This document shows, piece by piece, positions 48,986 through 57,806 of a DNA stretch of 64,000 nt. Position numbers and translations under genes: made by a program. Under the pieces are notes generated by a model. It ran no database searches. It was not told the origin of the DNA and saw nothing but the letters and a program-made list of their open reading frames with translations. Each line of letters opens with the position of its first letter. Position 1 is the stretch's first letter. The DNA is from an uncultured Thermoleophilia bacterium (lineage in GTDB: Bacteria > Actinomycetota > Thermoleophilia > UBA2241), in contig CAVPCT010000002.1 of NCBI GenBank assembly GCA_963702475.1, forward strand, positions 256,001 through 320,000, read 5' to 3'.

Positions 48986-50746
48986 GTGCGTGATCACTCC
49001 AGACGAACGCGCTCCGTCGCCGCAGCCGTCGTCACTACGCTCATGCTCGCCGCAGCGACTGTGCTGGCGCTTCCGACATCCTCGCGCGCGACCACCCTCC
49101 AGCACCTCACCGTGAGGCAGCTTTCGCGGCACGCGGTCTCCGTGGTCGTCGGCGAGGTGCTGTCCACGAGGACGCAGGAGACGGCCTCTGGAGTGCGGAC
49201 GGCGGTGCGCCTGCGGGTCGTCCGCACCCTCAACGGCGCGGAGCGCAGGGTCATGACCGTGTATGTGCCGGGCGGTGTGCTGCCTGACGGCACGCGGGTG
49301 CTGGTGAGCGGCATGCCCTCGTTCTCCGTGGGCGAGACCAGCGTCGTGTTCGTGGACGTGTACGGCTGGGTGGTCGGCGGGTTCCAGGGCGAGCTCGCCG
49401 TGGACGAGGGCTCTGTGGAGTCCACCGGCGAGTCGCTGGGAGCCTTCGGGCGGCGTGTGCAGCGCGCGCTCGGGCAGGAGGCCGGCGCAGGGGCGGCGTC
49501 GCAGGGTCAGACCCCGGCCGGCGACTCCGGGGGAGCGACTGAGGCCGCGTCGAACCTCTCGACGCCCACCGTCACCGGCGTCAGCCCCTCCTCGGCGTCA
49601 GCCGGCACGAACAGCCTTGTGACCATCAGCGGCAGCGGCTTCGGGTCGATCGCCGGCCAAGTGTACTTCTCGTACGGACGCAAGGGCGTCATGCGGATCG
49701 CCTCCAACTCGGTGCGGTCGTGGAGCGACGGCTCCATCACCTGCAGCGTCCCCACCGGCATCATCGACGACTACGCGGCCTCGGCGGGCACCGGCCCCGT
49801 GACGGTGAGTACGGCGCTCGGGCTGCAGTCCAGCGCCTTCGACGTGACCATCCCCTTCGGCTACGGCGGGGCGAAGTGGCTTTCTCCCACGGTCGCGTAC
49901 CGCATCAACACGTCGGGGATCGACGACGCGCTGCGCACGAGCCTCGTCGAGGCCGGTGCGGCCGCGTGGAGCGCGACGGGTTCCGGCCTGCGGTTCGTCG
50001 CCGGCGGCCCGACCACAGCCGCGCTCGCGATGGACGGCATCAACGTGATCTCGTGGGCCGACGGCATGCCGTCCGGCGTGCTGGCGATGAGCTACTCCGA
50101 CCAGCGCGGCGGCGTCATCTCCGAGGCCGACGTGCAGTTCAGCAACGACTACCTGTGGAGCGACGGCGCGACCGGCTCGGGTTCCTATGACATCCAGAGC
50201 ATCACCACGCACGAGATGGGCCACTGGCTGGTGCTGCTGGACCAGTACATGACGGCGGACTCCCACAAGATCATGTACGGGTACGGCGACGACGACCAGC
50301 AGAAGCGCACGCCCACCGCCGACGACGTCGCCGGGATCACCTGGATCTACCCGGGGGCAGGTCCGTCACCGACGCCCACCCCGACGCCGACGCCTACCCC
50401 GACGCCCACGGTGACCCCGACACCGTTGCCGAGCCCGAGCAGGGGCGACGTGGGCCCGGTGTGCAACGTGAAGAACGCGACCGTGAAACGCCACGGCATC
50501 GCCCGCATCCAGTACATGGTCGTCGACGACTTCGACCTGGTGGTCGCGCGGGCCATCGCCGTGACTACGAAGGGCGGCACGGTCAAGAAGCGCTGGGCGG
50601 GCGTGACGCAGAGCTCGACCGCCTGGCAGTCCTTCAGGTTCAAGTGCGACCTGCGCAAGGGGACGTACCGCATCGTCGTCAACGCCGAGGACCTCGTGGG
50701 GCACCCGGCCAGCGTCGTGGGTCGCGCTACGCTCACGGTGAAGTAG
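48986..50746 (+). CDS. Secreted matrixin-like metallopeptidase + IPT/TIG domain + PT linker + shared C-terminal domain
   Basis: Signal peptide; VTISGSGFG; HEMGHWLVLLD; KIMY Met-turn. Confidence 0.85.
   Translation: MRDHSRRTRSVAAAVVTTLMLAAATVLALPTSSRATTLQHLTVRQLSRHAVSVVVGEVLSTRTQETASGVRTAVRLRVVRTLNGAERRVMTVYVPGGVLPDGTRVLVSGMPSFSVGETSVVFVDVYGWVVGGFQGELAVDEGSVESTGESLGAFGRRVQRALGQEAGAGAASQGQTPAGDSGGATEAASNLSTPTVTGVSPSSASAGTNSLVTISGSGFGSIAGQVYFSYGRKGVMRIASNSVRSWSDGSITCSVPTGIIDDYAASAGTGPVTVSTALGLQSSAFDVTIPFGYGGAKWLSPTVAYRINTSGIDDALRTSLVEAGAAAWSATGSGLRFVAGGPTTAALAMDGINVISWADGMPSGVLAMSYSDQRGGVISEADVQFSNDYLWSDGATGSGSYDIQSITTHEMGHWLVLLDQYMTADSHKIMYGYGDDDQQKRTPTADDVAGITWIYPGAGPSPTPTPTPTPTPTPTVTPTPLPSPSRGDVGPVCNVKNATVKRHGIARIQYMVVDDFDLVVARAIAVTTKGGTVKKRWAGVTQSSTAWQSFRFKCDLRKGTYRIVVNAEDLVGHPASVVGRATLTVK
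50363..50437 (+). repeat. Pro-Thr low-complexity coding repeat
   Basis: PSPTPTPTPTPTPTPTVTPTPLPSP. Confidence 0.9.
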
Positions 50747-50897
50747 GCACGGGAGCGGCCGGCGGGGGTCTGCGCTTCGCACAGGCGGGCTGGCCCGACC
50801 GAGGACGCACGGGCGCCTTTCGCCGGACCCGCCCCGTGCCGGCCGGGCTCCGCCGGCGCCCGAGCTTTGCCGCCGGCGTCCGCCGGCATATACTCAC

Positions 50898-50916
50898 TTG
50901 CATAGGTCTTATGCAA
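50898..50916. promoter_or_regulatory. Palindromic putative operator upstream of orr
   Basis: TTGCATA-GGTCT-TATGCAA abutting RBS GGGAGG. Confidence 0.55.
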
Positions 50917-50927
50917 GGGAGGGTCCG

Positions 50928-52001
50928 CTGGATCGAGCGACGCTGCACGTCGACCTGAAGAAGGTCGTGCACAACGCGCGCTGCGTCACGGACGCGCTCG
51001 GCGCACTTGCGGTCGTCGGCGTCACCAAGGTGACCTGCGGCACCCCTGAGGTAGGGGAGGCGCTACTGGCCGGCGGCGCCGTCGCACTGGGAGAGTCACG
51101 TCTGGAGAACGCCCAGCGCCTGCGCGACGCCGGCCTCACCGCGCCCATCTGGTTGCTGCGGGCGCCGACTCCCGAGCTCGCCGACGACGCCGTCCGTCTC
51201 TGCGACGTCTCGCTGCAGAGCGAGGTCGAGACGGCCGTCGCTCTCGACCGGGCCGGTGGGCGGCAGAGCCGCCGGCACGGGGTGATCGCCATGGTCGAGC
51301 TCGGCGATCTGCGCGAGGGCATGATGCCGGCCGACCTCCCGGGGTTCGTCGACGCCGTCGAGCGGCTCGAGCACGTCGATCTGGCAGGCATCGGTGTGAA
51401 CCTCACCTGCTACGGCGCCGTCCGCCCGAGCACGGAGAACCTCGGGCGTCTCGCCGCCCTGGCGGCGGGCGTGGAGCGGCGGATCGGCCGCCCGCTGCGC
51501 TTCGTCTCGGGCGGCAACTCCGGCTCCATCCCGCTCGCGCTCGGCGGTGGAGTGCCGTCCGTCGTCAACACGCTGCGCATCGGCGAGAGCATCCTGCTCG
51601 GTGTCGACACGCTCACGCGCGAGCCGCTTCCGCTCGGCTTGCACCTCGACGCGTTCGTCGTGGAAGCGCCGGTCGTCGAGTGCCTGGTCAAGCCGTCGCT
51701 GCCCGAAGGCGAGACGGCACAGGACGCGTTCGGCCTCGCGCCGGTGTTCGAGGACCGCGGCCTGCGGTGGCGCGCCATCTGCGCCCTCGGGCGCCAGGAC
51801 GCGCCGCCCGAGGGCCTGCGGCCCGTCGACCCGCGCGTCCTGGTCCTGGGCGCCTCCAGCGACCACCTGATCCTGGACGTGCACGACGTCGAGCCCCCGC
51901 CGGCCCTGGGCGACCCCATCGCCTTCGTGCCGACCTACGCAGCCGCGCTGCAGCTCTTCACGTCCCCCTATATCCGCAAAGTGTTCACTCCGCCGGCCTG
52001 A
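50928..52001 (+). CDS. orr: Ornithine racemase (alanine-racemase fold, PLP)
   Basis: GVTKVTCG, GDLREG, NLTCYG, SGGNS, LRIGE, KPSLP, GASSDH; probable CTG start. Confidence 0.88.
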   Translation: MDRATLHVDLKKVVHNARCVTDALGALAVVGVTKVTCGTPEVGEALLAGGAVALGESRLENAQRLRDAGLTAPIWLLRAPTPELADDAVRLCDVSLQSEVETAVALDRAGGRQSRRHGVIAMVELGDLREGMMPADLPGFVDAVERLEHVDLAGIGVNLTCYGAVRPSTENLGRLAALAAGVERRIGRPLRFVSGGNSGSIPLALGGGVPSVVNTLRIGESILLGVDTLTREPLPLGLHLDAFVVEAPVVECLVKPSLPEGETAQDAFGLAPVFEDRGLRWRAICALGRQDAPPEGLRPVDPRVLVLGASSDHLILDVHDVEPPPALGDPIAFVPTYAAALQLFTSPYIRKVFTPPA

Positions 52002-52046
52002 CACAGGGATCGTGGCGCGGAGGGACCTCGAATCACAGGAGTGAGC

Positions 52047-53369
52047 ATGGCCAGAAAGACGCGAGTCCTCATCATGGGAGCCGCGGGGCGCGACTTCCAC
52101 AACTTCAACACCTTCTTTCGCGACAACGAGCTCTACGAGGTGGTGGCCTTCACGGCCACGCAGATCCCCTACATCGACGAGCGCAAGTACCCGGCGGAAC
52201 TGGCCGGCGCGCTGTACCCCGCCGGTATCCCGATCCACGACGAGTCCGAGCTCGAGGACCTCGTGCGTGAGCTCGACGTCGACCAGGTCGTGTTCGCCTA
52301 CAGCGACGTGCCCTATGAGTACGTGATGCACCGCTCCGCGCGCGTCAACGCGCTGGGCGCCGATTTCCGCCTCATGGGCCCCGAGCACACCATGGTCAAG
52401 AGCACCAAGCCGGTGATCGCCGTCTGCGCCGTGCGCACCGGCGCCGGCAAGAGCCAGACCACGCGCAAGATCCAGACCATGCTGCGCGAGGCGGGCAAGA
52501 AGGTCGTCTCCATCCGCCACCCCATGCCGTACGGCGACCTGGTGGCGCAGCGCGTGCAGCGGTACGCGACGCTCGACGACCTCAAGAAGTACGACTGCAC
52601 CATCGAGGAGATGGAGGAGTACGAGCCGCACGTGGTGGCGGGCAACGTCATCTACGCCGGCGTGGACTATGAGGCCATCGTGCGCGAGGCCGAGAAGGAA
52701 GCGGACGTCATCCTCTGGGACGGCGGCAACAACGACTACAGCTTCTACAAGGCCGACCTGTACATCACGGTCGCCGACCCGCACCGCCCCGGCGACGGGC
52801 TCAGGTACTACCCCGGCGAGGTCAACCTGCGGCTCGCCGACGTCGTGGTGGTCAACAAGATCGACACCGCCGACAGGGCCGGCATCGACGCCGAGATGGC
52901 GGCCGTGCGCTCGGTCAACGACAGGGCGCAGCTCATCATGGCGGCCTCGCCGGTCACCGTGGACAGGCCCGGCGAGGTGCGCGGCAAGCGCGTGCTGGTG
53001 GTCGAAGACGGACCCACGCTCACTCACGGGGAGATGAAGTACGGCGCCGGCAGCGTGGCCGCCAGGCAGCTCGGCGCCGCCGAGTTCATCGACCCGCGTC
53101 CGTTCGCCGTGGGAGAGATCAAGGCGACGTTCGAGAAGTACCCCAACGTCGGTGTGCTGCTGCCGGCCATGGGCTACTCCGACCAGCAGCTCAAGGACCT
53201 GGAGACGACCATCAACGCTTCCGGTGCCGACCTGGTCGTCATCGGCACCCCGATGGATCTGCGGCGCATCATCGACGTGAAACTGCCGGCGGTGCAGGTC
53301 AGGTACGACCTGCAGGAGATCGGCAGCCCCACGCTCGCCGACGTGCTGAGCGAGCGCGGCTTCATCTGA
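52047..53369 (+). CDS. arcE: CpgS-like P-loop protein, probable arginine synthetase
   Basis: GAAGRDFHNFN, RTGAGKSQT, RHPMPYGDL, WDGGNND, VEDGPTLTHG; lies between orr and OTC. Confidence 0.75.
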   Translation: MARKTRVLIMGAAGRDFHNFNTFFRDNELYEVVAFTATQIPYIDERKYPAELAGALYPAGIPIHDESELEDLVRELDVDQVVFAYSDVPYEYVMHRSARVNALGADFRLMGPEHTMVKSTKPVIAVCAVRTGAGKSQTTRKIQTMLREAGKKVVSIRHPMPYGDLVAQRVQRYATLDDLKKYDCTIEEMEEYEPHVVAGNVIYAGVDYEAIVREAEKEADVILWDGGNNDYSFYKADLYITVADPHRPGDGLRYYPGEVNLRLADVVVVNKIDTADRAGIDAEMAAVRSVNDRAQLIMAASPVTVDRPGEVRGKRVLVVEDGPTLTHGEMKYGAGSVAARQLGAAEFIDPRPFAVGEIKATFEKYPNVGVLLPAMGYSDQQLKDLETTINASGADLVVIGTPMDLRRIIDVKLPAVQVRYDLQEIGSPTLADVLSERGFI

Positions 53370-53475
53370 TAGCCTGCGTGTGATCCGACGGCGGCCGGGG
53401 CGCCCCGCGCGCTCCGGCCGCCGTCGCGCCGCACGGCGGCGGCGCGACAGAGCCAGAACACGCGAAGGGGGTACC

Positions 53476-54438
53476 ATGCCCGAGAAGGCCAAGCGTCACC
53501 TCTCCGAGCTCGATCTCACCGGCCGCAGCTTCCTCACCATCCACGACTTCAAGCCCGCCGAGATCGTCACCCTGCTCGACCTCGCCGCCGAGCTCAAGGA
53601 CGTACGGAAGCGCCTCATCCCGCACCCGTTCCTCGAGGGCCGTGCCGTGGCCATGATCTTCATGAAGACGAGCACGCGCACGCGCATGAGCTTCGAGGTG
53701 GGCATCGAGCAGCTCGGGGCGCAACCCATCTTCCTCAACGCCAACGACATCCAGCTGCGCGTGGGGGAGACCATCAAGGACACCGCCAACGTGATGAGCC
53801 GCTACGTGGACTGCATCATGATCCGTACGTTCGCGCAGCAGGACGTCGAAGACCTGGCGGAGTACGGCCAGATCCCGGTCATCAACGGTCTCACCGACAC
53901 GCACCACCCGTGCCAGGGCATGGCCGACGCTCTGACCGTCCGCGAGCACTGCGGACGCCTCGAGGGCGTCAAGCTGGTGTACGTCGGTGACGGCAACAAC
54001 GTCACGCACTCGCTCATGGAGGTCGGCGCCAAGACGGGGATGCACGTGGTGGCCTGCACGCCGCAGGACTACCGGCCCGACGCGGAGATCGTGGCACGCG
54101 CTCAGGCCGACGCGGCCGACACCGGCGCGACCGTCGCGCTCACCGACGACCTGCGCGCGGCGGTGCAGGGGGCCGACGTCATCTACACCGACACCTTCAC
54201 GAGCATGGGCCAGGAGGCCGAGCACGACGTGCGCTTGACCGCGCTCAAGGACTACCAGGTGAACATGGACCTGGTGCGCCTCGCGGGACCCCAGGTCAAA
54301 GTCATGCACTGCCTGCCGGCGCACTGGGGCGAGGAGATCACCGAAGAGGTGTTGTACTCACCTCACTCGGTGGTGTTCGACCAGGCGGAGAACCGGCTGC
54401 ACGCGCAGAAGGCCATCATGGCGGCCGTGATCGCCTGA
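53476..54438 (+). CDS. argF: Ornithine carbamoyltransferase (probably catabolic)
   Basis: STRTR, HPCQ, SMGQE, HCLPA, QAENRLH. Confidence 0.95.
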   Translation: MPEKAKRHLSELDLTGRSFLTIHDFKPAEIVTLLDLAAELKDVRKRLIPHPFLEGRAVAMIFMKTSTRTRMSFEVGIEQLGAQPIFLNANDIQLRVGETIKDTANVMSRYVDCIMIRTFAQQDVEDLAEYGQIPVINGLTDTHHPCQGMADALTVREHCGRLEGVKLVYVGDGNNVTHSLMEVGAKTGMHVVACTPQDYRPDAEIVARAQADAADTGATVALTDDLRAAVQGADVIYTDTFTSMGQEAEHDVRLTALKDYQVNMDLVRLAGPQVKVMHCLPAHWGEEITEEVLYSPHSVVFDQAENRLHAQKAIMAAVIA

Positions 54439-54475
54439 CGGAGGACGGCGCGCAGGCTGCGGCCGCGAGGCGAGG

Positions 54476-54513
54476 CGAGGGGCGGGCCGTCCACACTCGA
54501 GGCCCGCCCCTCG
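54476..54513. terminator. Hairpin between convergent genes
   Basis: CGAGGGGCGGGCC...GGCCCGCCCCTCG. Confidence 0.7.
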
Positions 54514-54518
54514 GCGTC

Positions 54519-56036
54519 TCACTTCCAGGTCACGAACCAGGTGAGGCGCCGGTACAGCTCGAACGCGACGGGGTGGCCGAGCAGGAACGGAAGCCAGGCC
54601 AGACCCAGGCCTGCGACCGCGCCGACGTACGCCCAGGCAGCCGCGGCGCGGGCCGGAGCGCCTGCGGCGCCGGCCGCGCCCGACCTTCGGGCGCGCAGGC
54701 ACCACGCGGCCACCGCTGCCGTGCATGCGGCGCCGGCGACGAGAGCCGCGAGGCGCAACCAGCCGGCGCCGCCGGACCAGGCCACACCCTCGCCGAGGCC
54801 GGCCAGGCCGAACGCGGCGGCCGTCAGAAGGGCGCCGGCGCCGAACCCCAGGGCCTGCGGCGGGCACGGCGCCTGGCGTGGCGCCAGCCGTGAAAGCGCC
54901 GTGGCTACGAGGACGGCCAGGAACGGCACGACCGGCGTCATGTAGTAGATGTACGCCTGTCTCGTGGTGAAGAGCCAAGGCAGGTACAGCACCGCGACCA
55001 GCAGCGGGGTGAGCCCGAGGCGCAGGTCGCGCCGCGTCACGGCCTGTACGCCGAGGATGACGAACGCCACGGCGGCGGGCCACCACAGCAGCGGGTTGCC
55101 GATCAGCATGAGGCCGGTCGTGCCGCGGTCGCCGGCCGCGAACTTCAGCCAGATGGGATGGACGTCGGCCGGCCACGTGACTGGCCGCGAGGCGAAGCTC
55201 ACGGTGCCGCGCACGGCCCAGTTGAAGCCGAGCATGTACCTCTGAAGGTGCAGGAAGTCGCCAATGGAGTGGCCTGAGGCGAAGTAGCCGGCGTAGGAGG
55301 CCACGTAGACCGCTGCCGACAGGCCCACGAGGACGCCGGCGGCGGCCGCGAAGCGTCGCAGCCCCAGCCTGCGACCGGCGAGGGCGAACAGCAGCAGGGC
55401 GGCCACCACGGCCAGGGCGCCGGACCACTTGCTCCCGACGGCGACGCCGCCCGCGAGGCCGCAGAGGACGGTCCACAGCCACAGGCGCTCGCCGGGCGTC
55501 GTCGCGCGCAGCGCGCAGTAGACGCACGCCGCCGTACCGAGAGCCACGTAGATGTCGAGGACGGCCAGACGTGACTCGACCACCAGCATCGTGTCGGCGG
55601 CCGCCAGCACCGTGGCCGCCAGCGCCCACACGGGCGGCAGCCGCAGGCGTCGCGCCAGGGGGTACACCAGCGCGACGAGCAGCGTGCCGGCGAGCGCCGC
55701 CGGCAGGCGCCAGCCCCACGGGCCGTCGCCGAAGACGGCGATGCTGCCGGCTGTGAGCAGCGTGACCAGCCCGGGGTGCGCGAGCGAGCGCGCGGCGCCC
55801 GGCCGCCACGACTCGGCGCCGCGCGGGCCCAGATCGCCCCGGAGAAGCGCCGCCGCGTCGTGCGCGTAGTAGTACTCGTCGAACACGTGCTGCGGGAACG
55901 TGTCCAGGGCCGCGAAGCGCACCACGGCCGAGACGGCGACGGTGAGGGCGACGAGCGTGAGGATGAGACGCCGGCGGCGTAACGCCCCGGCGTGGGCGGA
56001 CCGTGTGGTCGGGTCGCCGTGCCCGGCGGCCGGCAC
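54519..56036 (-). CDS. GT39/PMT-family protein O-mannosyltransferase
   Basis: FDEYYY, HP, GWR, SRLAVLD, KWSG, GNPLLWW, YYMTP. Confidence 0.88.
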   Translation of the reverse strand: MPAAGHGDPTTRSAHAGALRRRRLILTLVALTVAVSAVVRFAALDTFPQHVFDEYYYAHDAAALLRGDLGPRGAESWRPGAARSLAHPGLVTLLTAGSIAVFGDGPWGWRLPAALAGTLLVALVYPLARRLRLPPVWALAATVLAAADTMLVVESRLAVLDIYVALGTAACVYCALRATTPGERLWLWTVLCGLAGGVAVGSKWSGALAVVAALLLFALAGRRLGLRRFAAAAGVLVGLSAAVYVASYAGYFASGHSIGDFLHLQRYMLGFNWAVRGTVSFASRPVTWPADVHPIWLKFAAGDRGTTGLMLIGNPLLWWPAAVAFVILGVQAVTRRDLRLGLTPLLVAVLYLPWLFTTRQAYIYYMTPVVPFLAVLVATALSRLAPRQAPCPPQALGFGAGALLTAAAFGLAGLGEGVAWSGGAGWLRLAALVAGAACTAAVAAWCLRARRSGAAGAAGAPARAAAAWAYVGAVAGLGLAWLPFLLGHPVAFELYRRLTWFVTWK

Positions 56037-56038
56037 TA

Positions 56039-57622
56039 TCAGATCCAGCTGCGGAACCACATGATGTGGTGGAAGTGGTCGACGCTGATGGGGATGTTGA
56101 GCACGATGGGGAGGAAGGCCACGCAGATGCCCATGGTGGCCCCCGCGACGACCATGGCCAGCGTCGGCCGCCACGCGCGCAGTTGCGGCAGGGAGAGCGC
56201 GATCACAAGAAGCAGGGCGATGAAGACGCCGACGCCCACGTTCACCCACGCCAGCGTCAGGCTCACGCGACTCGGCAGGCTCCAGAAGAACCACTCGGCG
56301 GCGCGGCCGGCGTAGTCCCAGAGCAGAGCGGTGGCGACGCCCGAAGCAGCCAGCGCCAGTACGCCGCGGCGGGGCAGTGCGACCTTGCCCGCATACAGCA
56401 GGAGCAGGCCGGCGACCAGGATGGCCATGAACGGGGCCACCGGCGTCATGTAGTAGAGGAACGACGTGCGCGACGCCGCGAACCACGGGAAGTACAGCAG
56501 TGCCACGATGATCGCCGCCGGCAGGAGGAGGGTGGAGCGGCGGAGCACGGCGAGGACCGCGGCGACGACCAGGCCCAGTGTGGCGAGCCACCACAGAAAC
56601 GGGTTTCCGATGGCGACCACGCCCTCGTAGATGTGGCCGCCCTTGAAGTAGTACCAGACGGGGCGGTAGTCGATGATCCACGTGTACGAGGGCGAGGCGT
56701 ACGTGTGCTCCGTCTTGAGGTGCGTGTTGAAGTACACCGCCTGGCGCTGCAGTTCGACGAACTGGCTCCACGTGTGGCCGCTGGCGAAGTACTGCGTGTA
56801 GCTCACCAACCAGACGAACGCCGGCACAAGCACCAGTATGCCGGCGGCGATGAGGGCGGAGGGGAGCGCTCTGATCAGGCTCCGCCCGAGTGAGGACGTC
56901 GTGTACGTGACGGCCGGTGCGGCCCCGTTCCCGCCACCGGCCTCCTCCGCGCCGCTCGCCCGACGCGCCGCCCGGTAGTCGCGGGCCCAGACGAGCACCA
57001 GGATGACGCCCACCACCACCAGGGCCAGGCCGCCCGACCACTTCGTGCCGACGGCCATGCCTCCGGCCAGCGCGCTGAGGACCAGCATCCAGCGTCTGCG
57101 CCCGTCTTGGACGTACCTGAGGCCGAGGTAGATGCACAGCACCGTCCACATCGCCACGAACACGTCGAGCGTGGCGATGCGCGACTGGGCGATGCCTAAC
57201 GGATCGGCCGCGGCCAGACCCAGGGCGATCAGCGCCCAAGGAGGCGGCAGGCCGAGGCGCCGCGCCAGCGGGTACACGAGCGCCAGCATCGCCATGCCGG
57301 CGATGACGGCAGGGATGCGCCAGCCGAACGACCGGTCGCCGAAGATCAGGATGCCCACGGCGATCGCGAACTTCCCCATCTCGGGGTGTGGCCAGGACAC
57401 CTCGTCGCCGGCCTCCCACGGCAGCGGGCCGTCGGTGCCCACGCGGCCGTCCACGATCGCCTTTGCGTCCTTGGCGTAGTAGACCTCATCGAACATGAAC
57501 TCCGCCGGGTCGGCCAGCTGGTACAGGCGGAGCGCCGCCGACACCAGCAGGATGACGGCGACGATAAAGACAATCCGCTGTCTGCGGGCGGGGTCCTGTA
57601 TGCGGATCGGCGGTTCGAACAC
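56039..57622 (-). CDS. GT39/PMT-family protein O-mannosyltransferase
   Basis: FDEVYYAKDA, HPEMGK, SRIATLD, KWSG, HTYAS, GNPFLWW; minus-strand TATAAT at 57664-57659. Confidence 0.9.
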   Translation of the reverse strand: MFEPPIRIQDPARRQRIVFIVAVILLVSAALRLYQLADPAEFMFDEVYYAKDAKAIVDGRVGTDGPLPWEAGDEVSWPHPEMGKFAIAVGILIFGDRSFGWRIPAVIAGMAMLALVYPLARRLGLPPPWALIALGLAAADPLGIAQSRIATLDVFVAMWTVLCIYLGLRYVQDGRRRWMLVLSALAGGMAVGTKWSGGLALVVVGVILVLVWARDYRAARRASGAEEAGGGNGAAPAVTYTTSSLGRSLIRALPSALIAAGILVLVPAFVWLVSYTQYFASGHTWSQFVELQRQAVYFNTHLKTEHTYASPSYTWIIDYRPVWYYFKGGHIYEGVVAIGNPFLWWLATLGLVVAAVLAVLRRSTLLLPAAIIVALLYFPWFAASRTSFLYYMTPVAPFMAILVAGLLLLYAGKVALPRRGVLALAASGVATALLWDYAGRAAEWFFWSLPSRVSLTLAWVNVGVGVFIALLLVIALSLPQLRAWRPTLAMVVAGATMGICVAFLPIVLNIPISVDHFHHIMWFRSWI

Positions 57623-57806
57623 GTGCGGTGCGGTCTCCTCCGGGCTCGGGTCCGGCCCATTATAGGGGGCGCGCATTGTGGGCGCACGGCCGTCGTGATA
57701 GAACTCTCAAGGTTTGCCTCCGGCGCTCGCCGTCGGAGGAAGGGGGCGGGCTTTTCCTGCGCGCGCCGCGGCGCGCCATGTCGTATGAGAGTGGAGGACA
57801 GGCTAC

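Noticed and set aside
50884-50902. Sigma-54 promoter upstream of orr
   Set aside because: GG-to-GC spacing is 13 nt rather than the required 10.
57616-57629. SOS-box-like CGAACACGTGCGGT
   Set aside because: Right half-site is missing; it coincides with the PMT start codons.
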